DNA of 55,478 nt, counting the filler, from Squatina squatina (lineage: Eukaryota), in NCBI GenBank assembly GCA_031763465.1. It is 3 parts of 3 records of this genome, joined end to end, with 100 filler letters (N's around TTAATTAATTAA, not from the genome) between each part and the next. Parts side by side here need not be neighbours in the genome. Positions count along the whole stretch, not along the records: positions 25,587 to 38,438 come from JARFOE010000100.1; positions 38,539 to 55,478 come from JARFOE010000192.1; 1 more part is not named here. One strand, 5' to 3'. Below, piece by piece: positions 36,912 through 48,260 of this stretch. Both the position numbers and the translations under genes were made by a program. The notes beneath the pieces are model-generated. The model saw only the letters and a list, made by a program, of their open reading frames with translations, had not been told where the DNA came from and did no database searches. Each line of letters opens with the position of its first letter. The first letter of the stretch is position 1.

Positions 36912-37307
36912 GTAATGAAGCACCATTTTATTTATAGATTTGGGGAAATATGGTTACTCTGCCTATTGGATAATTCTAGGGGTGGATGGCATGCTGCTTT
37001 CTTCAATATGCAGTGATAATGAATACACCACATATTCCTGAAATGCATATTTTGGGGGATAAGCAACCGTTGACTGTTTAATCATTTTTGTTTTGTGAAG
37101 GTATGTGGAAGGGGTGCCTGCAGTTGCATGTTACCAGTCTGGCATGGATGCTTTGATAATTTGAAACAAGTTTTAACTTTGATTGCTGCAGTTTTGCCTT
37201 TAATTGTTGATCTGAAATCTTTATATAATCTGCAAACTTTAAAGCTGTCCTTTGGCTTTCCAATTATTTCTCTTCCTTGCTAATCAAATCACTTGTTACA
37301 TTTACAG

Positions 37308-37382
37308 ATCCCAATGTTTCAGGGGAGTGATCAAACCTTCCCTTACTATACTTCGAGATCAGGTCTTTTACCTTTATATGAA
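37308..37382 (+). CDS. ITPRID2: ITPRID2-like 75-bp exon (phase 0 to 0)
   Basis: tttacag|atc...gaa|gtaagt. IPMFQGSDQTFPYYTSRSGLLPLYE versus recalled SSFA2 [26 protein letters not shown]. Absent from the ORF track. Confidence 0.88.
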
Positions 37383-38438
37383 GTAAGTTGCCTTCTGAAA
37401 CACAAATAAATCTGTTACTTTTTTGATGTATTTTTTCCCCCCCAGAATATTTCAGAAGTGGTAGTTNNNNNNNNNNNNNNNNNNNNNNNNNNNNNNNNNN
37501 NNNNNNNNNNNNNNNNNNNNNNNNNNNNNNNNNNNNNNNNNNNNNNNNNNNNNNNNNNNNNNNNNNTGTTGGATGCTGGCATGTGTCGAGGGGCATCCAG
37601 GGCAACGCTGTGCATGCCAGTTGGTGACTTCCTTCTTGATGTTACTTAATCTGTTCCTTTGAAAACACTTAACTGTGTTAGGAGAATTCTGTTTTGATTT
37701 TCTTTCAGTATTTGAGGATGAATTTCTTGGTTGTCGCCTGATTCCAGAAGAGTCTCTCCTTAACGCAGGCAAACACAATTCATTTTTGTTACTTGGAATA
37801 CTGGCTTCTAACCGCTTATGCTGGTGGAACTTACCTATCAAACGCATTCGACTTGGATATACAGTGCTTCAGGAGACGCTATTGCTTCTGAGATGGGTTG
37901 CCTTTATCCTGTCAACTTTCACAACACCTTAGAAACAAACCATCAATTGTACTTTGTGTATGTGATTAAGCGCTTCACCTAGCTAAAAGTGTTTTAAGTG
38001 GTTAACTCAAATTTAATAGTCCGGTATAGCATATAAAAGACAAAAATTTGTTCTAATATTTGTTAGTGTCTTGCTGTTAGAAACTTACCTCATTTTATAT
38101 ATTTGTATGTGGTAAGGTTAAAACTTGAAATTCTACTTTTAGTTAAAGGTAAAGTCAGATACATGTGCTGTAACACTTGTGTGGAAATTTGTTTAACATT
38201 TCCTTCTTGAAGCACTGACCTCTATGAGGTACTCCATGTGCAATAACTGATTTACATGGCAAACTTGAATTGACAAAATGTATCTTTACTACTGTTTGTA
38301 ATCACATCACTCTTAACATTCAATCTACTACATTTTATTTTAAGAGAAAAAAACCTCTTGTCATTAGTTTTTTTTTAAATGAGAATTTAAAGCTGATAGA
38401 GGGCTTCTACCCGAGTGCTACAAACTGGTTTAGGGGCA

Positions 38439-38538
38439 NNNNNNNNNNNNNNNNNNNNNNNNNNNNNNNNNNNNNNNNNNNNTTAATTAATTAANNNNNN
38501 NNNNNNNNNNNNNNNNNNNNNNNNNNNNNNNNNNNNNN
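38439..38538. other. Artificial scaffold linker N44-TTAATTAATTAA-N44
   Basis: Same 100-bp structure as 25487-25586. Confidence 0.95.
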
Positions 38539-40055
38539 TCTTTTGATGGCCGTGTCTGTACGTGACCTCGTGTAATTAAGTCTGATAACAGCCATAGTAC
38601 ACCTCCAGCAAAAAGGACTATGCCATTGTCTGCCACTTGTCCTACTTGTTACATATGGATTTTAGCTATAGAATTATGCACAGACATACACACATCAAAT
38701 GTTGAAGGAAAAAGCAGGTTAGTGGCACTAAGTCAAAGAGAGGCTTATGGCACCTCCAGAGAAGACAATCTACAGGATTACCTAAATTGGACGAGCATTG
38801 GATATGTGGTAGCAAGCACTTAGCAGAGTTATGAGATCCTGTTTGTTCTTTTTCTTTAATTTGATATGCTGTGACTGTAATAATTGTTGGGTTTGGTTTA
38901 GGAATGGATAACTGATATTTCGAGACAGTTAATCCTTAAAGTAAATAATGAGCCAATGTCAGATGGCCAATTCTTATTAAAACAATGAAAAATTCTTTAA
39001 ACCTTTCAGAGAAGAAGGGTTAAAGGTTTTAGGATTAGAAGTAAGAGATAGTTGTCTTTTCTTTTTTTGGATAGGGATTAGTTGGATACACAGTAGAAAC
39101 TTAGGAAATAAAAACAGATACTCAAGATAAACTGTGCCAGTGTAGTTAACATTTAATTAAAGAAGAAATTAATAAGATGCCTGGGCCTGAAACAAACCTT
39201 TTCCTGAAGAAGCTGTGTGTGCATGAAGGAGCGTCTTCCTGTACAGCTGTGAAATAGCTCCCTTGCCGCAGGGTTGGAGTGGAGCCTCATTAACACAGAC
39301 TGTGCGCGCCTTCACACAGCCTGGTTTGCATATTAAAACAAACATACATGTGCAGGTTCTTCGCTAGAAATGTTCAGCTTTTTGCTGACAGACTTTTCTA
39401 TCAGCATTCTCTATTTGCTAGGGAATAATGAAGTGCCATCACAGAGCGCCGACAGTATCTGCACATTATTCCCATCTCAAGCTCAGTCTAATGGATGCCT
39501 CCTTCTCCCTCTGGCTATCCATTGACAGTTCTCAGAAGTAAAAGTGCTTCCCATGATCCTTTGTGCTTCCCCAGGTACAGAGTTGTGAAAATGTTATCTG
39601 CCTGAAAGTGCTCCACTGCACTGCCGTGACACCATTGACTTTTAAAGAAACAATTAAGCAAATCATGGTGAACCCATTGGAGTTGAAGCTTTTATTTGAT
39701 AGATTTGCAGTGTAGACTCATTGACATTTAATAAATGATCAGTACTGAAGGGAAAACAATTTTATAAATATATCGCTAAAAGGGAAATTATACTGTGCAT
39801 TTAGCACTGTTGCGAAGTAGCCCTTGCATTCATACACGGATATGTTTTCCCTGACTAGAAACACAAGGCCATCAGTGTAACTCAGTAATGCATTGCTTTA
39901 AATGGGCACTGGACTCAAACCAGCACTTACAGTCTAACTATATGAATTAAAATCTTGCAGTGGTCATTCTTATTGCAAAACACATCTGCGGAAATAAATG
40001 AATTGCACTGAATTTTCAAAAAGCATCTTTAATTAATTGTTATTTGTTCTCTGAT

Positions 40056-40310
40056 TGTGGACACTGCTGGCAAGGCCACATTTGTCGCCCATCCTGAGTT
40101 ACCCTAAAGCAATTGTTTTTACAACTGAATGACTTGCCAGGTCATTTCAGAGCACATTAAGAATCAATCACATAGTCTGGGACTGAAGTCACATATAGGA
40201 CAGTCCAGCCAGGGACAGCAGGTTCCCTTCCTGGAAGGACATGAGTGAACCATTTTATTTCATGGCCATTTTTTCTGCTGCCAGATTTTTTTGAATTCAT
40301 TTTCACAATC
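40056..40310 (-). mobile_element. Decayed copy of the second SINE family (as 21803-22212)
   Basis: gtggacactgctggcaaggccacatttgtcgcccatcc...catttcagag.acattaagaatcaa...ggactgaagtcacata...cccttcctggaaggacatgagtgaacca. Confidence 0.65.
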
Positions 40311-41855
40311 TACTGCCCCCAACATTTGCACAAAGGATACGTCACTGGCAATAATCATGTTCAATCTGCTGATACAGAGCTTATGCAAAAGAATCATTTT
40401 CTTATAATACTGGGTTTAATATGTAGTTAGTTCAAAAAAAGAATCGCATAAGATGTCCACCAGGAGCTTCCTACCCATGTACAGTGCCGGTAGAAAACAG
40501 TACAGNNNNNNNNNNNNNNNNNNNNNNNNNNNNNNNNNNNNNNNNNNNNNNNNNNNNNNNNNNNNNNNNNNNNNNNNNNNNNNNNNNNNNNNNNNNNNNN
40601 NNNNNTTCCCACCCCCAGCAGTGTTGCTCTGCCCCTCCAGTGAAGTTCTGCCTCAGGAACCAAATGTACTGCAGGACAGACCAACAGTACCACATGGAAT
40701 GGGAGAAAGTGAGGGCAGAACAGAAATTAAGCATGTGTAAATGGCATGGTCCAGGGATTGCAAGAAATGCAAAATAGATTGGGCATTGGATGTGGGTTAC
40801 GTCACCAAAAGTAGTTTAATCAGTTGCAGTCCATCACTGGTTGTGTCACAGAGGTCCAGCCATTGCTCCGAAAGGTTGTCCCCCCACCCCGCAGTAGCAT
40901 AATGCTTTGCTGTGGAAGGATACAGATAGAACATTATTCTCCATCTAGCCTGTATTGTATCTGAGCATGGAGTGCTCAACGCTGACCCTGTAAAAAGGCT
41001 TCAGTCTCCAACACTGATGTCCCTTATCTCAGTGAGGGCAAATAAATTTTCATCATGAAGAAAAGAGATTCTATTTCAAATGCTAATCGGTAGCACATGA
41101 GGGGTTAACAGAAATATTCAGTTACGGACTCTTCACCTAAGCTTTATTGGCAACAGCTCTGCGGCTGTACACGCACAGTACTGTGCCACTTCATCATTAG
41201 GTGTGCGGGAAGCTGGCTTAGGGACCTGAATTGTAACTGACACACAAGGTGCCATTTTGGGGCTGATGCTTTGGATTATTAGTCAAATTTTTGAATAATT
41301 GCTGTTACGCTCTGTGACCTGGCTCACTGTAAACCTCTAATCTTTGGATTATTAATGACTGTCAGGTGGCATACTTTGCATATCTGTCTTCTTCATGTTT
41401 TACTTTCGTCTGATTTTTCACCTGAGGCACTTCAGTCATGCAACGTTAGCAATCATTTTCATTCTCGCCNNNNNNNNNNNNNNNNNNNNNNNNNNNNNNN
41501 NNNNNNNNNNNNNNNNNNNNNNNNNNNNNNNNNNNNNNNNNNNNNNNNNNNNNNNNNNNNNNNNNNNNNTTGTTTATAACAAACTAGCAATAAATATTTG
41601 CTCATTTACAAAGTTACAGCAATGCCATATTTCCCAGAGAAAGAACTGCATATATTTGTGCAATGATTGATCGAAAGAGTACTACGTGAATGTACCAGCA
41701 GCTCTAGACCTCAAAATGACTTAGCTGCGATATGACTTACCCATGATAATACTTTCGATCTTGGTCTTGTTCAGCACTATGGGCTTCAGCCCTTCACTTG
41801 GGATTGTCAACAAAATCTAATTCTGAAATGGTACCGGCAGTATTTAAAATTTATC

Positions 41856-42273
41856 AGAGGGTGCAGAGGAGAGTTACTAGAATGGTACCAGTTACGTGGA
41901 GAGACTAGAGAAGCTGGGATTGTTCTCCTTAGAGCAAAGAAGACTAAAGGGGGATTTAATAGAGGTGTTCAAAATCATGAGGGGTTTTGATACTGGCAGG
42001 AACGTCAGTAAACAGCAGACACAGATTTAATTGGCAGAAGAGCCAGAGGTGAGATAAGAAGACATTTATTTATGCAGCGAGTTGTTATGATCTGGAATGT
42101 GCTGTGTGAAAGGGTGGTGGAAGCAGATTTAATAGCAACTTTCAAAGGGAATTGGATAAATACATGAAGGGAAGAATATTGCAGGGCTATGGGGAAAGAG
42201 CAGGGAAGTGGGACTAATTGGTAGCTCTTTTAAAGAGCCGGTACGAGCACAATGGAGTGAATGGCCTCCTTCT
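41856..42273 (+). mobile_element. CR1 LINE 3' end (ORF2 C-terminus and 3' UTR)
   Basis: RVQRRVTRMVP..YVERLEKLGLFSLEQRRLKGDLIEVFKIMRGFD, then a tail ending gaatggcctccttct. Confidence 0.88.
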
Positions 42274-42274
42274 A

Positions 42275-42905
42275 TGGGGGCAGCCCTGAAAGTAGTGCCC
42301 CGCCGATGAATTCGGCTTTGTGCCCCGGAAATGAAGCGGAGCGTTGTCCTCCTCACTCCTAGGCCATTGTGCCAGCACTCAGCTGGCGTCCGGCGGCTTG
42401 CTTCGGCAGCGGGGCACTGATGTCATCCGCGGCCCCGCCCCCTCCCTTAAAGGGGAGGGCCGCCAACTGCCACAGCGATTCCCGGGGCTTGCCCCTGGGC
42501 CCCCAGGGAGGCCATTGACCGGGCCACCAGCCTGGCAGGGCAGTAGGCTTACTTGTGGACACTACTTGTGGGCCAGGAGGAGTGGAAGTTCTCCCCCCAG
42601 GCCCCTCAAGGATGTGTTTGGCCTCCCCCAATCCTGATCTCAAACCTCTCCCCGGCCCTCGCCATCATGGCCTGGAGTCGATGCTCCTTCCCAGTGNNNN
42701 NNNNNNTGCCCGGAACCGTCCACAAAGTTCGTTGGCTGCAGCCTCCTGCTGCTAGTGTCCCCTCTCGGCCAGTCTGTCAGCCTTACAGTAAGCTAATGAG
42801 GCCCTGCCATTAAGATAGGTAAGGCCTCCACATCCCTGGCCTTGCCTGGTATTCCTCTGCTACTGCATACCCCCGCACCCTCCCTGTCTCCCCATAAATA
42901 TCAAG
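42275..42905. mobile_element. GC-rich putative non-autonomous DNA transposon/MITE
   Basis: Sharp GC/CpG-rich block immediately after the CR1 tail, with the internal palindrome ccctcccttaaaggggaggg. No credible ORF. Confidence 0.4.
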
Positions 42906-45900
42906 GTCATTATTTGCAGTTGGTATTCTTGCTCTAAAACCTCGCTCCTTACGATATGTTGGGGTTGGCACTTTCTGCAGTTGAATTTAATGGAGCCTGT
43001 TCCCATCCCTACTGAGCCTCCCGCTGCAAGTCCATTAATATTTCTATGTAATTAAGCAGATAAGAGAAAAAAAAACTATGGGTTCTAGACGCTGTCTTAA
43101 CAGATGGTCTTATTCGACCCCAGAAATGGTCCATTTAGATGGAGAGTTGAATGGGAAAAAATATGCAGCAGTATTTTGATTTATTATAAGCCAAATATAG
43201 CTGTCATGATAACACAAAAAAATCTACGCTGTCTCTGAGTGCACTCCATTATTAATTGAATGGTAAAACAATCATTCTGCCCTGTGGGAATTATCTTTCT
43301 AGTATCAGATTCCTCTGTGTAGTGAGCACCGAGGACCACTTAAGCTGGACTGAACAGCATATTAATGATCAGCCATCTCCCCTAGATATACTCAAGGCAG
43401 CTCACATTTGCATTTAAAGCTTAATTAGGAAAGCCCAGCCTCTGATAAATAAAATTAGTTCCATTTAAATGGGCCCTTTACACAGTTTAATCATGAGTAG
43501 TGCATAATTAGTTTGTTAAGAAGTGTGCTGCTTGGATGAGAAATTCCATACAAGGGAAGTTCATTCGAATTCTATGGTTAGATCAGAACTGTATTTCAAC
43601 AGGTAACACAATTATTGAAATATCTTGTTTATTACATAGACAATCATATTCTTACTTACGTCTGATATGTATTTAGTCCTGTTAATTTAGCGTTTGTGTG
43701 ATTGGTGGACAGCGATCATTGCAGTCTCCAATAAACAACAGCTAATGTAATGCTTTGATGGTGATGGAATACCTTTCCGTGTGTGTCATGTGAACCCATT
43801 AATGAGGCACAGTGCACACTGCAGTCCTGACAGCTTGCAGTGGATCAGCTGATGGTAACACAGCGCTTATTCTTCATTCAAGGCATGCAACGCAGTCAGC
43901 TTCAGAATATTGTATCTGTCATGTTTTGATGCAGGTACAGGATTCACAATCCAAGTATGAAATAATTGAATACAAAACCGTAACCTAAGCTTGAAAAGTC
44001 CCATGCTTATCTACTTTTAATGCNNNNNNNNNNNNNNNNNNNNNNNNNNNNNNNNNNNNNNNNNNNNNNNNNNNNNNNNNNNNNNNNNNNNNNNNNNNNN
44101 NNNNNNNNNNNNNNNNNNNNNNNAAATCCTAGAATTGGCAACAGGTGGCAGGGACTGAGCATAACTTCAGAGGAAAGTGAGCTCTGATCTGTCCGTTAGA
44201 ACAGGAAAGGCTTCCATTCTAACTGTGTAAAAGTGGTACATGATTTCTTACCTCTTGTCAGCTAATCACATACCACTTAGCTATGAATAACTCCATGCCC
44301 CTTGACTTCTTTAGAAAAACAAGTAACCGTTCAAGGGGAAGGCCCAAGGCCCATATTGTAAGACACCAATAAGTGTGAAAAGGGTAAGTAAGGAGATGTG
44401 GTAAAATCAGTAGCGATTAGGTGAGCTGAAGCTGGTTCCCTATGTACTTATAGTTCTGTTAGTTTGTGAGAATTTAGAGACTTTGTCTTAACACCCATAA
44501 GTGCTGCATCAATGATTCAATTAAACAAATGATTCGATCTAGTACTTAATTAGGCAGTCTCCAAGATGCAGATGATAATTTATAGATGAGTTGCTGAATG
44601 TGGAGTTGTTTTAAACTTTAATGAATCTATTCCTTTTTCAGTCAATGAACCCTAAAATCAGTTTTATGAACACAAGCTGTTCTGAATGCTTCACGGAAGG
44701 AAGGAGTGGGGCAGCATGTAGTAGCAGTGATGATCAAGAAGGATTTAAAATGTAAACAGTACAGAAAAAAGTGATGGTGATCTTTGCTTCTGAATGAAAT
44801 GGAGACCGTGTTGAGTCCCAGCTATATGTATTTGGTCCTGCCATAGCTAGAACAAATTTCACCAGCTTTAGTTCAGACCATTCGCTGGAGTGCATCCTCT
44901 CAGTGGACAACACAGCCGAACTAGTGGCAATTTTTGAGGAGTTCACAGCAGGATGAACCTGACCTTCTAGCTGAAGGAGGTCATGTTGGAGGAAGTTACC
45001 CAGTGGGAGTGAAGAGGGAAGAAAACATCTGTTGAAAATTGTGCAATCAAATTTAATGGAAGAGTTGCAAACCCTCTGGCACTTGGGAATTGTACTGTAG
45101 TAAAACATTGGAAAGGAGTCAAAAAAAAACCCTATATAAATCGCACTTGTATGAAAGCACCTTTAGTGAACAGAATTTCATTTCCTACGGTATATATTTG
45201 GCACAAGTACACTCACTTTCACTGTACCTGAGGGATGTCAAGTATAATTTGTTATTCTTTAAGAAACTAAACTTCAAGCATTCCTGTGTCGCTGAAAAGT
45301 ACTTNNNNNNNNNNNNNNNNNNNNNNNNNNNNNNNNNNNNNNNNNNNNNNNNNNNNNNNNNNNNNNNNNNNNNNNNNNNNNNNNNNNNNNNNNNNNNNNN
45401 NNNNTTACCAGGGTCACAGTCACATAGACATATAAAATTTGATAAGTTTACGTTAAGAATTAACCATAAGCTAAAATGAAAATTATGGAAATTAAATTCT
45501 AAAAGTTGTACGTGCTGCACTGTGAATATTCCACCGTGGCAAACAGGCACATTTGAATGGAAATTCTGGAACACTCTGTTCCTGTGCTTACTGAGTCTGC
45601 CTGAAAATTCCCTAATGAGATGACACCACTCAATAGTCAATGGTGTATGGAAACAACTTGCAGTAAGCCAGGTTATTTCCAATGGCAACGAAGGCTAAAG
45701 GTCATCGCAGGCTGCGCTAGCGCAGAATGCACAAGGGCCAATGTGGTGTCGCTCAATGATGATGTCATCCTATCAGACTGGCTATTGCCAGCTCTATTGG
45801 TAGTAACAAACAGAGCAAAAAGTGGGCTTGAATGCATGAAAATTGCTAAGACTATATAGTTTTCCACTGCGCTGAATTTATTAACCTTTCACTATACTTT

Positions 45901-46844
45901 TTTTGTAAATTCAAAGAAAGACAAGAGTGAAAAAGAATGACTGGAAAAGATGCATTATTATCTCTTGCAACTACTTTGCACAAAGCATGTGTGACCTGGC
46001 AAGCCCAAACCTTGAACTATAGAGCCCTGTATTCTGTCAGCAGGCTAAAACATTGACTTTCTGTAATTAGCTGATAGGTTTAGGAAATTCTCACTTAATA
46101 TGAAGAGGGTTAATTGTGAACTCAACCTTTTCGAGCTTAAGTCCGCTGGTAGCAGAAATATGTAACTATCAGCACGATCACAACTCGCTGCTCTTCAGGA
46201 AATGAAACGAGGCTTATTTACATTTAGAGTGATTCCTGCTTGAGAACGAGAGTAACAGAACCCCGCACTGTTAATCACATCAAAGCATTTAAAAATTAAC
46301 TTTTAACAGCAGCTGAAGAGACTTAATAAATCCCAGGAGGGTGAATTCCTCCAATTTTCTGGTTTAGATATCATTTTTTTCCACAATCCCACTTAAAAAT
46401 TCATTTGACAGATTCCTGATGTTTTTGTCTCCCATTAGAGCTTTCCTGAGAGACTGAACAGTGATAATTGGCAAACCATGTAACATGCAGATATTGAACC
46501 TGGATCCACAATGTAATTTGGGAAAACTTGTGAACTCATCAAAATAGTAAAAAAATGTTACCGTCCATTTGGCTACCATTCCGAGCATTAATCTACCACA
46601 TGTGTCTCCGACAGTACATTATTCACATTGTGTTGTAGGCAGTCTCTCATTCTGGTGCAATGAAATTTGTCGGGCAAAGGCTTCATTAGCCCTGTTGAAA
46701 CTGAGGCTCTCCATTTAGACTGCATCTTAGCTCAGGTAAATGTTTTACCACAAAAAGGGCTTGGGCAATTTAGAGTAAAGCTGAAGTAAATTCCATTGAA
46801 AGTCAGAGGGCTCATTAACTTGCAGAGTTTAAAAATGTAAGGTT

Positions 46845-47215
46845 CAGGAGGATTCCAGGTTTAACATCTCGTTTGTGCCGAGTTTACTGATCTCAGGTAA
46901 GGTAGCAACAGAGGTGCTACAATTAGCATCTGCACAGGATGCAGGAAATGTTAGAGGGTGTACGCGGCCTGGGCAATAGGAGGCGATATGTTCTCAGAGT
47001 CTTTATGACGCACTTCGGGAGGGGAAACATTAGCCCTGGTGGCTATCCCATAACTCCCACTGGGAAGTGTGCTTATGTGACCATCATGCTAAGCTGTGAT
47101 GTCCTCCAAGGTTGAATAGGGCGCTCACATACTTTATCCCCAGTAAGGAGTCAAATGGATCCCGGTGCCCAGCGAGAGTCAGCATCTTCAGGAGAGGAGG
47201 GGAGCAATTGGGAAA
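46845..47215 (+). mobile_element. Old unnamed SINE-like family copy
   Basis: ttccaggttt...gtgccgagtttactgatctcag...gtgctacaattagc...ggaggggaaa...aagctgtgatg...ggttgaatag...gagtcagcatcttcaggagaggaggggagcaattggg. Confidence 0.6.
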
Positions 47216-47435
47216 AAGTATATGCCTGGAAACTCTTACATAGGGTTCTCTGGTGGGAGATTGATGGAACCCTGAAGTATCAGCATAAATGGCTGAAAAT
47301 TGGCTGGCTACTCATTTTCTCCAGAGTAACCAGTGATCTTCCGCCAAAGTTACGGTAGGAGATTTTCAAAATCCTGTGGAAATTCATGGCCATGAAATGT
47401 TATTCTGGTCATTTTTTTTTCAGTCTAGTGTTGGT

Positions 47436-47644
47436 ACTACAACAACAGTTTGCATTTATATATTGCCTTTAGCATAGAACAATGCTCCAAGGCAGTTCAC
47501 AGAGATGCAATCAGATACAAAATTGATGGCGAGCCAAAGAGGGGTGACCAAAAGCTGGACCAGGCAAGTGTATTTCAAGAAAGTCTTAAAGGAAAAGAGG
47601 GAGGTGGAGAAGTGGGGAGGGGGAGGATTGAGGGAGGGAATTCC
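47436..47644 (-). mobile_element. L2 3' tail
   Basis: acaacaacagtttgcatttatatattgcc...ccaaggcagttcacag...ggtgaccaaaagct...gtcttaaagga is colinear with 12368-12590. Confidence 0.8.
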
Positions 47645-48099
47645 NNNNNNNNNNNNNNNNNNNNNNNNNNNNNNNNNNNNNNNNNNNNNNNNNNNNNNNN
47701 NNNNNNNNNNNNNNNNNNNNNNNNNNNNNNNNNNNNNNNNNNNNATTGAAAAGATCCAGATTAGGGGCCTGCTAATGAAAGTCCCACAACCTGTACTCAC
47801 ACGTTAAACTTCAGAAGTGATTGATGTGACTGGCTGTGATTTTATATTATAAAAAGGCAAGATTCAAACTCTAAGTATTATACAAAAAGCAGCGTGAGTT
47901 AATAAGCTAGCATAACTGTCAATAACCTGTCATAGATACGAGCAACCTCTTATTTTTATCTCATGCAGACATACACAAGACTGCAGAATAATACCATCGC
48001 TGTTGCAAGACTACAGAAAGGATACACAAAACATCCGGAACAAAGTGTCACAGCAAGTTAGTGGGCTGCACTTTCCTCTCTGAGACCAGGAGGTAATTT

Positions 48100-48260
48100 T
48101 AACCTAACTCGCCCATCGGAAAACTGACAGGATCGAATCTGACATCCATTAACACGCCGCCCAATATTTCATTGACTTCAATTGAAAGTAGAAATCAGGC
48201 AGAGTGTAAAATGGGCTCCTGGTCCGAACCTGTCAGTTTTCCCTTGGCCAGGTTAGGTTA
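48100..48260. repeat. ~160-bp imperfect palindrome (MITE-like)
   Basis: Left arm taacctaactcgcccatcggaaaactgacaggatcg versus the reverse complement of the right arm taacctaacctggccaagggaaaactgacaggttcg. Inner arms also pair; centre is tttcattgacttcaattgaaa. Confidence 0.8.

Noticed and set aside
36912-37016. C-terminal tail of the 445-aa ORF (VMKHHFIYRF...)
   Set aside because: Intron read-through past the cgg|gtaatg donor; homology continues in the exon at 37308.
42275-42905. CpG-island promoter or GC-rich ORFs
   Set aside because: Sharp boundaries next to a CR1 tail and no downstream exon; better explained as a transposon insertion.
44734-45108. 124-aa gap-free minus-strand ORF
   Set aside because: No recognisable homology in the frames examined and no convincing splice sites; not an ITPRID2 C-terminal exon.
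45750-45880. Possible C/D snoRNA (ATGATGA ... CTGA)
   Set aside because: No terminal stem and no recognisable rRNA antisense element.
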